Source: a virus. From it: 64,000 nt of DNA. Position numbers and translations under genes: made by a program. Location of the stretch: IMG/VR virus record IMGVR_UViG_3300029825_000003, positions 1 to 64,000 of that record; one strand, written 5' to 3'. Shown here one piece after another: positions 37,632 to 48,055 of this stretch. The stretch's first letter is position 1; every line of letters starts with the position of its first letter. The notes under the pieces are model-generated. The model made no database searches. It was not told the DNA's origin and worked only from the letters and a program-made list of their open reading frames with translations.

Positions 37632-38786
37632 TTATTTACACTGATTTTTCTTTGCTGTCTTAACCGCTTTTGAAACCTGCCCGATATAATCATAAGCGGT
37701 CTTTCTCACTTTTCCCAAATCAAGGGACGTTGTATAATCCCCACCATCTATTAAATGAGATATCCTTTTCACAGTCAAATTAGTATGAATATAATCTCCG
37801 TTTAGATCAATCGAAGGAAACTTGCATTGAACAAGGTCGCATAATTCGACCTCGGGGGTTCCCATTAAAACAGCCTGTCCTGAGACTTCAGGAGTTTTGG
37901 CTTCGGTTAGTAGTCCAGTTGCTATAGTTTTACATTGGGGGGTACTTTTCACCCATGTCTGAGTCTCAACAGCCGCCCGCCGCCCATAGAGCGTGCTTAA
38001 CGCGGTATCCTCATCGTAATCAGTATACTGAGAGCCACCCGATGGCGTATCCCCATTCACTCTATAATAAGTTCTTACTCCTGTTCCTGCTATTTCAAAG
38101 TCTGCACTTAATACTCTCGGAGTGCCTTCAATTATTTTGTACTTATCTGTGGCAGTCGCGGGAAATGCTTTCCATTGAATATATCGAGTTGATAAATTAC
38201 CATTTAGATAAGTAGGAACAATTTTTATAGCCCAATCATAACTCGCAACTTTCTCCATATCTGCAAAAAGATCTGACATATAAGTTTGATTTGCAGTAGT
38301 ATCATACTGTGGAAACGTTTTTCCAGTATCAGCATAACCAGAGTCATAAGTCAACCTTGTAAGATATTTTTGAGCATAATAAGATAAAACCGTCTTTGCG
38401 TCCTGAGATGTATGTGTGTAAGTCTCTGTTATGATAGCTGTTTCCGCTTCTGCTTCATGTCCTTGAGCATATATAGTGACATTATTATTATTGTCGGAAT
38501 ACTCGCAGGATAGATCCATTATTCGACCTTGGAAGATATCCTGCCAGATCGTTTTTTCATTGGGATTCATTTTTATTGAAACTTGCAACCTCACAATATC
38601 ATCGAATCTTAACTGAGAAATGTATGTAGACGTGGACCCTATTATATTGCTGGCAATTTCAATTTCAGCATATGAAATAGAAAAAGGATACGACTGTTGA
38701 GTGCTTGCCCTTAGCACAGAAGGATAATATTTTTCATGAGTTGTAGGCTTTTCAATCACTAAACGAGTTTGAACCCACCTGATCAT
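37632..38786 (-). CDS. Tail tip / baseplate hub (Tal-like) protein
   Basis: Follows the Dit-like gene; +FQGRI...G.E...G..VLMG.PEV.L.D.V...V..ISH...YTTSLDLG. Confidence 0.7.
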   Translation of the reverse strand: MIRWVQTRLVIEKPTTHEKYYPSVLRASTQQSYPFSISYAEIEIASNIIGSTSTYISQLRFDDIVRLQVSIKMNPNEKTIWQDIFQGRIMDLSCEYSDNNNNVTIYAQGHEAEAETAIITETYTHTSQDAKTVLSYYAQKYLTRLTYDSGYADTGKTFPQYDTTANQTYMSDLFADMEKVASYDWAIKIVPTYLNGNLSTRYIQWKAFPATATDKYKIIEGTPRVLSADFEIAGTGVRTYYRVNGDTPSGGSQYTDYDEDTALSTLYGRRAAVETQTWVKSTPQCKTIATGLLTEAKTPEVSGQAVLMGTPEVELCDLVQCKFPSIDLNGDYIHTNLTVKRISHLIDGGDYTTSLDLGKVRKTAYDYIGQVSKAVKTAKKNQCK

Positions 38787-38788
38787 GA

Positions 38789-41700
38789 TTACACCAACAT
38801 GTCGGCATCTCTATATTTCAGTGTCACAATTACGCTAGACGTTGAATCAACAACCGCCCCGAATGTGTTTACCTGCCCTTTGAATATTTTTGGATGTTCA
38901 GCGTCTATCGTTACAAGGCTTGCATACATGAAAATAGAGTTTATCCTGAGTGTATCAGTTCCACCACTCGCAATTTTTAGATGGAATTTTGTAAGACCGT
39001 TCAAGATGCAATCAGTTCCACTGTTCAAGAGCCTATAAGCCTGAGCGTTGCTGATATCCGTTGTTGTATTTCCATCGAGAGGATACCAAGTTCCGGGGCT
39101 TCCCGCGTTATCTTTAGCTATATAGATAGTCGGTGCTCCTGACATAACATTTAGGACAATGTAAGGAATCCCGGTGATTGGGTATTTTGTGTCGAATTTA
39201 TAAATCAAATACCCTGTAGCATTAAACAAGAGCATCTTATAATCATCATAATAAGTAACATAAGCAGAATCGGTAACTGTATATTCATATGCTGTATCTG
39301 CAAAATTTTCACTATACTGATAACTTCCCGTTCCATCTGCGTTTATTGTAATTTTACAGCCAGGTTTCAACTCGTTACAAACTTCCATCCGAGTAAGAGT
39401 ATCAGCCTCGTTATAAATTGAAATAGCAGAGGATGTCACGGAAGGGATAATTTCAGTGTAAGTAAAAGCAAAATTATCCATATATGCTCTGCCGGCTGTA
39501 CTTGAAGTTCTCATATATACTTTGATTGTAACAGTTTCATTCGTTGCTGAATAAATTTCACTATTATATTTTCTTGTAGCATACGAGGAAAGCCTAGTAG
39601 TAGACGAGAATACAACAACCTGCGTTTCCGCACCTGAATTAATGGAAGCGGCTTTTACCGTCACTCTTGCATATGCCGTTAATCCTGAAACGTTAGCAGT
39701 TGCCAATAAACAAGCAAATTGGTCAAGTCTATATTTTTTTCCGTCTGTGAGTGCAGGGAGAACATAAGTAAACTCTAGAGAATATGAAGTCAGATATTCA
39801 GAATGAATATCTGGATCTGTATACGTTTTTGTATCTCCATCGGTTTCATTCGTTCCGCTTTTTGAGGTGATTGCAGTCACTTCAACATCAGGGATAATAT
39901 CTACATGTCCGGTAGTTGTGATGTCCTGCCCTGTAGTACCAAGTTCAAAATCGGAAGCTCTTTCAATCAAAACGTCATCGCAATATACCTTCGCTCCTGA
40001 ATTTAGAGTGTCAACTCCATGAATCCGGATATAGGCATCGACAGGGGCAGTATCAAATCTTATTGTATCCTGCAATTGGGAATATTCACAGTCGGCATCC
40101 CAGAGAAGCTGAGTAATTATCGAATTTCCAGAATAGATATCAACAGATAATTGACCATGAGTTAAACCGGTTACTGCTCCCCATGCACTGACCACGTAAG
40201 AAACCCCTGGATCAAACATAATGTACTGAGTTGAACGCCCGATGTCTTCTGTAAGTCCATCCCCTGATATCTCTAACGCATATAAACCGTCATGTGCAAC
40301 TGAATCACTTCTAGTCTGCCCTTCGCTTTCAAGAGTCCAGCTAGCCGGGGTTTGAATGCCTCCATAATCAGAGGAGGTCATTATCCTGTTATTTGATCCT
40401 GTAGAACTTACTGATACAAACTGATTAAGATCAGAAGAATAACAGACAGAATTCCAGTTATTGTCGGCAGGAGTGTCACAGAGAACCCAATTAGCCGCAT
40501 CATTTGACCTCATTGCTCTGTTTCCTGTACCCGACTTCGCAACACATACCAAAACCGAGTCTTCAGGAGACCATGTAAGCCCCTGCCATGCGTTGTAGGT
40601 ATATGAGACAGTTGCTCCACCTGCTCCATCGAATTCAGTTACTTCATATCCTATAAGGGTAGCATACGCCCTATAAGACGAATTCGAGGATTTCATATAA
40701 CACTGAATAGTTATTGCCTCATTTGCAGCCGTTTCAAATGTTACATCCAGTGTTTTGTCTTCATACGTCTGAGAGACAGAAGAGAATTCAGCCAGAACTG
40801 TTTCTGTTTTTGTTGCGGTTGTTGCGGTAATTTTTATCCATGCTGTTTGTCCGGTCTGTGCGGTCCTTAACTGGCAGAATACCCGGTCAATTCTCCAAAT
40901 GTGATTATTTGTAAGGGCTGCAACTGAGAGAGTAGGCCCACCAGGATATTGAGTAGAATAAGCTGTGACTCCAGAACTATATACCCATCCTTCGGTTGTT
41001 GTAGATGTCGTTGTAGCTACATCAGTTCCAGTTCCAGGGGTAACTATAGACCCACATACAGGAGTTGTCTGCAAGGTCCATTCATCACCATCAGGAGAAG
41101 TTACAATCTGCTGAGTTCCATCTTCAGTACATGCAACAAAAAGACCAAGTGTTTCAGCCCATACAACACTCTTAAACTTCTGAGCAGGAGAAGGTACAGA
41201 AGAAGCTAAATTCCAAACTTCACCATAGTCAACAGAACTCATTATATTTCCATCATAGGAAACCGCAACCAATTTTAGGAGGGATTGTGAGTAACAAACT
41301 GAAACCCAAGTGTTTGCATCTTGGGTATACGTTGCAATTGACCACGTTACTCCACCATCATCTGAATACATGGCTCTGCCAGTACCTGATGATGCAACCG
41401 CGACATAACGGTAGACAAGATCAACGTCGTCCCTAACATAACATACAGAATTCCAGTTGTTATCGGCAGGCGTGGTTCTCGCAGTCCATGTTATTCCATC
41501 GTCTGAAGTCATGCACCTGTTTCCAGACCCTGAAGAAGATACTGCAACCCATCTTCCCGGCAAGAGGTTCCCACCATCAAGCCCGATGGAATACCCCCAC
41601 GCAAGCCCCCTCCAATTATTATTACAATTTGTTGCGCTTGTGAGTCCAGAAGGAACTGACCATGTATCACCGTCAGAGGATATCTGAACGCCATTATTGC

Positions 41701-43612
41701 TCCCACCCGAAGCAACCGCGCAATATTTTGCAAGCTCTCTTGACCATCTCACACAAGTCCATTCAATATCCGCTACACTCGTAGCAGTTGCCCAGGTCAT
41801 CTCGCTTGAAGTAGCCCAATCCTCAAAAGAAGGATTTTTCAAGAGATTACCAGCGTAAGTATCATCTGCGGACCACGTACTCGATCCATATACATGCCTG
41901 CCCCTTACCTTCTGAGAGGCACTTTCTTTGTGAGGTTTTTCCATTTGGTATAAAATAGAATAAGGCTTTGCATTCTCAGGGACATCGGTTGTAAGTCTCA
42001 ATTTAGAACTATGGTCAACCGTGAGACCCCTGCACAGTGTACCCGCATAAGGACCGCCTAATTCTAGCTTAGACTGACCTCTTGAAGTGTCGTACCATGC
42101 AGCCATAACCTCATCTAATTCATCAATAGAAAACGCAAAACAGTCTATGACAAGCCCCGTCCCCTTGAACCCAAAGTCTGTTAAGTTATCTCCTTCTATG
42201 CCCGGAGCTTTCTTTTGTCCTACTGATTTACCACCGTCAACGGCTAATTCTTGCCAATTGAATTTTACCCCGTTTATGTAGCCCTGTCTTGGTTCAGTTG
42301 AATCATAATAATTGGTTAATTCCTCTTGAATAATCCGTATCGGAGGGATATATCTTGTAGTAGGGGTTGTTGTCCCCCCGGTTGAAGATCCTCCTGAATA
42401 TGCACCGTTTGAGGTTGTAGAAGTTGAGATTGGAGTAACTTGATAGTAGTCTCCTGTAACATTTCCGCTTGAATAATTTTCTTCTGCGTATACAGCCATC
42501 TTGGATGGAACCATATTCAAGATTCCGTATCCGCTAACAGGAAGCATACGAGTGGGATCTGTTGCGAGAGTAACCTTCGTATTCAGAATATTGTTATTAT
42601 TTACCTGCATTGTGCAGCCTGAAGCAATGGAATCGAGAACAACAATTCCAGCATTATAACAGCCTGAAATTGTATTATATTCGATAGTAAGCCCATTACC
42701 CCACTTCCAGAGACCAATACCGCCGTTATATTTGATGTTATGCATCCATCCACACGCGGTTATTGTATTATTCCAAATATGAACAGTCTGTGCGGTTGTC
42801 CCGGCTGCTCCATAGGCATCCATCAGGAGAATGCCCACGCCTGCTCCGTCAGTTATTGTATTTTCGTAAATGTTAATATTTTGAGTAAGACGTGTTAAAC
42901 CGTATGAAGCAGGTTCGTTCCCTATCTGAATTGCTCCGTTCCCGTTTGCCCCGGTTCCTGCGTATTTGTGAGTGTCATTATCATGGATGTTAATATTTTG
43001 ACAGTTGTCTAGTCTCACACATGAATTACACTTCTGAACGATGTCATTAGTATAGATATCTCCACCAACCACATCTATGAAGAATACGCCCTCATGTCCC
43101 ATTACGTCAACGTCATTATAATAATATTTGATATTTTCACCATGAGTAAGCCTCAATCCATCCCCTAAACTGTCATGGATTTTCATATTATAGACGGAAA
43201 TATTCTTCACCGGACTACTCGCAGTGCCGGTTATCTGGATACAATTATAATAGGCATCTCCCTCAGATTCCGTTTGATTGGCTCTGTTTCCATCAATCTC
43301 GAAACCGTGAATTTTTATATTGACGGAGGCATGACCATTACCTTCATACTGCCTAATGATTCCAACCATTGAAGCCCAACCAGCATTATTTTTCAGGCGA
43401 AGGCAGGCAGTAGAATCACCGGTTAATTCAGTATTATCCCCTAGGAGGACAGAGGTTTGAATATCGTAAGTACATGGACCTTTTAGGTATACAGTACTTC
43501 CAGGATTAGCGACAGCCGCCGCTAGTGCAGAGTTTATTTCAGATTGGTCATTTGTCCCGTCTACAATGTATGTAGCCCCTGAACCTGAAGGACCTACCGT
43601 GTAAGTAGTCAT
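38789..43612 (-). CDS. 1607-aa multidomain tail protein: disaggregatase-like beta-helix + Dit-like + CBM4/9-like + BNR-type propeller + repeated beta-sandwich
   Basis: Directly downstream of TMP; N-terminus DGTNDQSEINSAL..VYLKGPCTY.I...GDSTA; NLLKNPSFE; SSDG.TW repeats. Confidence 0.82.
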   Translation of the reverse strand: MTTYTVGPSGSGATYIVDGTNDQSEINSALAAAVANPGSTVYLKGPCTYDIQTSVLLGDNTELTGDSTACLRLKNNAGWASMVGIIRQYEGNGHASVNIKIHGFEIDGNRANQTESEGDAYYNCIQITGTASSPVKNISVYNMKIHDSLGDGLRLTHGENIKYYYNDVDVMGHEGVFFIDVVGGDIYTNDIVQKCNSCVRLDNCQNINIHDNDTHKYAGTGANGNGAIQIGNEPASYGLTRLTQNINIYENTITDGAGVGILLMDAYGAAGTTAQTVHIWNNTITACGWMHNIKYNGGIGLWKWGNGLTIEYNTISGCYNAGIVVLDSIASGCTMQVNNNNILNTKVTLATDPTRMLPVSGYGILNMVPSKMAVYAEENYSSGNVTGDYYQVTPISTSTTSNGAYSGGSSTGGTTTPTTRYIPPIRIIQEELTNYYDSTEPRQGYINGVKFNWQELAVDGGKSVGQKKAPGIEGDNLTDFGFKGTGLVIDCFAFSIDELDEVMAAWYDTSRGQSKLELGGPYAGTLCRGLTVDHSSKLRLTTDVPENAKPYSILYQMEKPHKESASQKVRGRHVYGSSTWSADDTYAGNLLKNPSFEDWATSSEMTWATATSVADIEWTCVRWSRELAKYCAVASGGSNNGVQISSDGDTWSVPSGLTSATNCNNNWRGLAWGYSIGLDGGNLLPGRWVAVSSSGSGNRCMTSDDGITWTARTTPADNNWNSVCYVRDDVDLVYRYVAVASSGTGRAMYSDDGGVTWSIATYTQDANTWVSVCYSQSLLKLVAVSYDGNIMSSVDYGEVWNLASSVPSPAQKFKSVVWAETLGLFVACTEDGTQQIVTSPDGDEWTLQTTPVCGSIVTPGTGTDVATTTSTTTEGWVYSSGVTAYSTQYPGGPTLSVAALTNNHIWRIDRVFCQLRTAQTGQTAWIKITATTATKTETVLAEFSSVSQTYEDKTLDVTFETAANEAITIQCYMKSSNSSYRAYATLIGYEVTEFDGAGGATVSYTYNAWQGLTWSPEDSVLVCVAKSGTGNRAMRSNDAANWVLCDTPADNNWNSVCYSSDLNQFVSVSSTGSNNRIMTSSDYGGIQTPASWTLESEGQTRSDSVAHDGLYALEISGDGLTEDIGRSTQYIMFDPGVSYVVSAWGAVTGLTHGQLSVDIYSGNSIITQLLWDADCEYSQLQDTIRFDTAPVDAYIRIHGVDTLNSGAKVYCDDVLIERASDFELGTTGQDITTTGHVDIIPDVEVTAITSKSGTNETDGDTKTYTDPDIHSEYLTSYSLEFTYVLPALTDGKKYRLDQFACLLATANVSGLTAYARVTVKAASINSGAETQVVVFSSTTRLSSYATRKYNSEIYSATNETVTIKVYMRTSSTAGRAYMDNFAFTYTEIIPSVTSSAISIYNEADTLTRMEVCNELKPGCKITINADGTGSYQYSENFADTAYEYTVTDSAYVTYYDDYKMLLFNATGYLIYKFDTKYPITGIPYIVLNVMSGAPTIYIAKDNAGSPGTWYPLDGNTTTDISNAQAYRLLNSGTDCILNGLTKFHLKIASGGTDTLRINSIFMYASLVTIDAEHPKIFKGQVNTFGAVVDSTSSVIVTLKYRDADMLV

Positions 43613-46600
43613 TTAAACCGCCGATTTTGTTTTAGTGGTTGAGGTTGATGTACCGTAATTGTTGACTGTGTTAACTCTATTATTGTTGTAAACCGTCATG
43701 TTTGCTTTTCTAGAAGCTGCTTCCCAATCTGTGTAACCATACACACTGCTCTTGTTGCTCCCTGAAGATTTAGAACTTGAAGAACTCCCTACTTCCATAA
43801 GTTTTGAAATTGTACTCTTAGCCTGGTTATAGACATCTACAAGTTTGTTGTAGACCCCACCAAGTCCTGAAATGGTTGTGGAGAACGAGAATCCTCCTAA
43901 CGTGGAAAATGTACTATTAGCATCCTTTCCTTTCTTATCAGCATCAAGGGTTTTTGTTCCTACAGTGCCGAGATTTCCAATAATACCCCCGAATGGAAGC
44001 CCGTTAGTAGTGCCAAAAGTAGAATTTAGAGTGCCTGCCTTTCCCGTATCATCCTGAGTATTAGAGCCAACTGTTGTTAGATTCCCCTGAATTGTGGAAA
44101 ATGGAAGTGTGTTAGTGGTCCCAAAAGTAGAATTGAGTATTTCGGCTTTGGCAGTGTCGTCATACTCTAGTGTTCCTAAATTTGTAAGATTCCCGTCAAT
44201 TGTTGTGAATGGAGTTGCATTTACATTATCAAGGGACTGCTTAAATAAATCTGCTTGGTTGGCTGCGTCTTTTTCTACGATAGTCATTCCAACTACTTCA
44301 CCATTAACAACAGAAAACGAGACAGTACCAGCGCGGTTAAGTGCTTCTTCCCATGTGATCACGCTATCATTAGCAGTATTCACGTTTCCGTCTACAGTTG
44401 TAATTTGCCCGTTAAGGTTGTCTAATTTTGTATTATCAAGAACGACTACATCATTTCCCATATCCTTGATAAGTTTGTCAAGAGTTCCAGATTCGAGTTG
44501 AGCATCTGTTAAACCATCTGTCAGGATTGTAATTGCTCCCCTGGTTGTATCAAAAGTAACTGCACCCATGCCTTCAAGTTTTGTAATTGCTCCATCTGCT
44601 GAAACTTTGACAAGTTCGTTATTATCATTTAGGATGATTAATTCATCATTAAGTGTCCTGATACCTCTTCTGAGGTCGTCCACGTCAACACCGGAAGTAA
44701 AAGATATTCCTGCTGTAGTTTTCGTTTGAACATCCTGCATTAAACTCTGAACAGCTTCCTGATATTTTGTAGCCGTCTCTGTCATTGAGTTAGTAACTTC
44801 ATCATTTGCTGCCACAACATCATCCGACATTTCCCAAGCGTATTTACTCCACCGGGAATATGCATCTCCGGCAATTTCAGTAGTTCCATCTACAGAATCC
44901 CCTGCATCACCTGTGGAGAGTTCTAATTTCTTCGCGGCTTCTTCGTAGAAATCCGCAGATTCGTGGACGTTCTGAACGCCTTCAGACCATTTTGTTTTTA
45001 TTGAATCCCATGCAGTACCGACAGCAGAAACCGCGCCGCTTAAACCTAGATCTTCAGCTATTCCTGAGAGTGTTTCTTTGAATCCGTCTATATATCCAGA
45101 GATATCCGAGATAGCTTCGCTTATAGTTCCTGAAAGACCATACCAGACAACCCTACCCATATCATAAAGGAGATCAAACGCATCAGATACTAATCCGGTT
45201 TTTTCTTCGATGTATAGTAGAGCGACCCCTACAGCTACCGCAGGACCGGCAAAACTAATAAATCCTGCAACTACTCCAGATAAAGTCAGATCCAAAGCAC
45301 CGAGAACAACCCCTACCCCATCTATAAGAATTCCAAAAGCACCGAGAGCAGTAACTACAGTTAGCCCGATTGTTGCCAGCCCTGCAAAAGCAATAACTGT
45401 TTTCTGAACCCAATCAGGGAGCAGAGAATAAGCAGTTGATAATTCTGTAATCACCTTTACCATAGGTTTTAAGAAAAATGCAACATCTTCACCAATAGAG
45501 ATTTTTAAATTTTCAAATGCTGCATTAAGCTCCCTTACTGCACCACCGAGACCCCCCTGCATCTCATCTGTCATTTGCTCCATGTAGCCGACATTATTCT
45601 CTAATTCGGCTGTGTTTTCTCGGAGTGATTGAGTGCCGGCTGTGATAATAGAGTACATCATAGGTCCGGCTCTCTGACCAAAAATAGTAACAGCGTCATT
45701 TAAAGTAAGCTGTTTATTATGAAGAACATCAATTACCTCATAGAGGTCTTTATTTGTGAGGTTTATATCATTCGCAGTAAGATTATATTTTGCTAAAGCA
45801 TTTACAGCCGCGTTTGTGGGGCTGATCATCTGAACAAAAGCCTGTCTGAAATTAGTTCCTGCGGTAGTTCCCCGGATACCTGCATCCGCAGCAGCCATCA
45901 TCAAAGCAGTTGTTTCTTCAAGGGAAATATTAAGAGGAGCAGCAGCTTGAGCCGCGTATTTTAGAGCAAATGCAAATTCTGAAATTTCGGCTGTAGATTC
46001 ATTAGCACCCTGAGCAATGACATCCCCTATATGACCCATATCCTGAGCAGTCAGGTTATAGTTTGTCATTATGGCAGTCATGGTTTTTACAGACGTGCCT
46101 AAATCTGTAGCTCCCGCTCTCGCTAGAGCCATAACCGCAGGAAGCCCGGAATAAATTTCGTTTACAGATAGTCCAGCCTGAGCAGCTAAAACCATAGCGT
46201 TAGCCGTTTCCGTAGCCGTATAACCCATATCTGTGCCGGCTGTTCTTGCGAAAGAAGAAAGCGCCTTAAAATCCTCTTCAGATGCTCCGATAGCGGCTGA
46301 AACTCTCCTCATAGCATCGTCAAAATCCATGAATGTACTTGTTGCTTCTGAAAACCCAGAAACAAGTTTACCCGTTGCAATTCCTGATATTGCCGTTTTA
46401 ACGATGCCCATCTGAGAACAGAGGGACTGTGCTTTTGTAGCAAACCCGGAAAATGAATTTCCTAAGCTTGAAAGCCCATTTGAAATAGAAGATGTGAATG
46501 AATTTCCTATAGATTTACCTATGTTAGATATCTTAGTTCCAGCAGAAGAAAAAGCCGAGGTGATACCAGCGAGATCTGAAGTAATAGTACTTCTTAATCC

Positions 46601-46639
46601 TACGGTTGCATAAATTGAACCTACATTCGTCTCGCCCAT
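43613..46639 (-). CDS. Tail tape measure protein (TP901-like)
   Basis: FDDAMRRV.A...ET..AM..AAQAG...GIRG..AGT..R; about 1000 aa helical; follows chaperones. Confidence 0.93.
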   Translation of the reverse strand: MGETNVGSIYATVGLRSTITSDLAGITSAFSSAGTKISNIGKSIGNSFTSSISNGLSSLGNSFSGFATKAQSLCSQMGIVKTAISGIATGKLVSGFSEATSTFMDFDDAMRRVSAAIGASEEDFKALSSFARTAGTDMGYTATETANAMVLAAQAGLSVNEIYSGLPAVMALARAGATDLGTSVKTMTAIMTNYNLTAQDMGHIGDVIAQGANESTAEISEFAFALKYAAQAAAPLNISLEETTALMMAAADAGIRGTTAGTNFRQAFVQMISPTNAAVNALAKYNLTANDINLTNKDLYEVIDVLHNKQLTLNDAVTIFGQRAGPMMYSIITAGTQSLRENTAELENNVGYMEQMTDEMQGGLGGAVRELNAAFENLKISIGEDVAFFLKPMVKVITELSTAYSLLPDWVQKTVIAFAGLATIGLTVVTALGAFGILIDGVGVVLGALDLTLSGVVAGFISFAGPAVAVGVALLYIEEKTGLVSDAFDLLYDMGRVVWYGLSGTISEAISDISGYIDGFKETLSGIAEDLGLSGAVSAVGTAWDSIKTKWSEGVQNVHESADFYEEAAKKLELSTGDAGDSVDGTTEIAGDAYSRWSKYAWEMSDDVVAANDEVTNSMTETATKYQEAVQSLMQDVQTKTTAGISFTSGVDVDDLRRGIRTLNDELIILNDNNELVKVSADGAITKLEGMGAVTFDTTRGAITILTDGLTDAQLESGTLDKLIKDMGNDVVVLDNTKLDNLNGQITTVDGNVNTANDSVITWEEALNRAGTVSFSVVNGEVVGMTIVEKDAANQADLFKQSLDNVNATPFTTIDGNLTNLGTLEYDDTAKAEILNSTFGTTNTLPFSTIQGNLTTVGSNTQDDTGKAGTLNSTFGTTNGLPFGGIIGNLGTVGTKTLDADKKGKDANSTFSTLGGFSFSTTISGLGGVYNKLVDVYNQAKSTISKLMEVGSSSSSKSSGSNKSSVYGYTDWEAASRKANMTVYNNNRVNTVNNYGTSTSTTKTKSAV

Positions 46640-46648
46640 AAACTCACC

Positions 46649-47020
46649 TCATTTATATATTACCTGCCCGCCCATAGCTACGGTTTGCTGTCTCAACATT
46701 AATTCATACTGTTCAATTGTTGGCTTCTCTTTCTTTTTCTTTGGCAAGAATTGTTCTACTTCGTAAGGGTACTTTGCTCCTTTCTTCAGATGAGGACCAA
46801 ACGAAGTATTCATTATTGCCGTTAGAACTTCAGCATGTTTTTGATTATCTCTCTCATAATCTAACCTTAATTTGTCTCCTGCTTTTTCGATCATGATCGA
46901 GATTTCAGCAGGAGTATATTTCCAGAATTCAAGGGGATCTTTTCCGCATGTCTGGAATAATACTCCTTGAAGCTCGTCAATTATTTCTTTGAGGGTTTTG
47001 CGTTGGGCTTCATTTCCCCC
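46649..47020 (-). CDS. Tail assembly chaperone C-terminal frame (gpT-like), probably reached by -1 frameshift
   Basis: -1 frame opens exactly at GGGGGAA (47014-47020), right after a TAA, and is continuous with track ORF 46649..46894; FW..TP.E motif. Confidence 0.75.
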   Translation of the reverse strand, partial: GGNEAQRKTLKEIIDELQGVLFQTCGKDPLEFWKYTPAEISIMIEKAGDKLRLDYERDNQKHAEVLTAIMNTSFGPHLKKGAKYPYEVEQFLPKKKKEKPTIEQYELMLRQQTVAMGGQVIYK

Positions 47021-47334
47021 TTATCAGCAACCTTTGTAGAAATGAAACCGGCTTCTTCTAGTCCTTTAGATATGATTGCTGTAACGTCTGACAGTGGGTT
47101 TTCCTGCATGAATTCACTTATAATAGCTCCAACCTCTGAAGGTTGCAAGGTGGGGAATTTGTAAAGGAGTCCAGCCCATAACATCAAACGAAGCTGTTTA
47201 GGTCCAAGTCTACGGAGAACTATATCAAAGTCCATGAAGGATTCGATATTAAGAGCTTCACAGACTTTTTCAAATGCGTCCCAATCATAACGGATAGTAT
47301 ATTCTTTAAAAAATGGGATGTCTTTAAGTGGCAT
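46981..47334 (-). CDS. Tail assembly chaperone (gpG-like)
   Basis: Between tail tube and TMP; L+WAGL pattern. Confidence 0.8.
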   Translation of the reverse strand: MPLKDIPFFKEYTIRYDWDAFEKVCEALNIESFMDFDIVLRRLGPKQLRLMLWAGLLYKFPTLQPSEVGAIISEFMQENPLSDVTAIISKGLEEAGFISTKVADKGEMKPNAKPSKK

Positions 47335-47338
47335 TTAA

Positions 47339-48055
47339 TCACGCCTTCGGTCTTGTGATGATTACCGTATAGACTGCTGCGGCTTTTGTGAGTTCCTTCA
47401 CGACTACCTTCACATCTTTTATTACATCTGTTCCTGCTGCACCTATTGTTATAGTGCCATTTCCTCCACTTGCTACAGTCGTACCATCTACAGTGATGGT
47501 AGCACCGGAAGCTCCCTGAGTCGGAACTATGACTGCCTGTGTATCTGCTGCTGCTATCACGGTTGTATATGTGTAAGAATCTGCTGCGAATGGAGCAGGA
47601 ACCAAGACTTCCCCTGTCACTGAAAGATCTGTTAAAGCACTCTTTGTAGTTGAGAACGTGGGAGCACCTGAGACTTTGATCTTACAGGATATCATCAAAA
47701 TCTGGTTTTCAACAACATGATCATAGGTCTTGACTACACCGTAGAAACTTTGAGAAGACCCACCTGTAAAGGTTGTGACGAAAAGACAAGTTGAACCTGC
47801 TGCTGCGGCTGCTGCGAGTGCTACCTGCCCAGGGTCACTATCTACAGCGTTTGCTTTAAGTTCACATTCTCCACCGTCTTTCCTTCCGGCTTTGTACTCT
47901 TTCCAGTCCCCTGAATTCTGGTTAGTAACTTCTATGTCGTCTGTCGTTGTTTGTGGTTGAGGGATACCATCATCTGTAATTTCGGTGATTTCTACACCGT
48001 CAATAGTGACGATCACCCCTCTTGCTACATTTGCCTGTGAATTCACATATGTCAT
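47339..48055 (-). CDS. Major tail tube protein with C-terminal cadherin-like Ig domain
   Basis: TTDDIEVT..SG.WKEYKAG.KDGGE; C-terminal F.ADSYTYT...ATITVDG...Y.V.ITR. Confidence 0.88.
   Translation of the reverse strand: MTYVNSQANVARGVIVTIDGVEITEITDDGIPQPQTTTDDIEVTNQNSGDWKEYKAGRKDGGECELKANAVDSDPGQVALAAAAAAGSTCLFVTTFTGGSSQSFYGVVKTYDHVVENQILMISCKIKVSGAPTFSTTKSALTDLSVTGEVLVPAPFAADSYTYTTVIAAADTQAVIVPTQGASGATITVDGTTVASGGNGTITIGAAGTDVIKDVKVVVKELTKAAAVYTVIITRPKA

Noticed and set aside
38769-47960. Numerous short plus-strand ORFs antisense to tail genes
   Set aside because: Antisense shadows of long minus-strand genes
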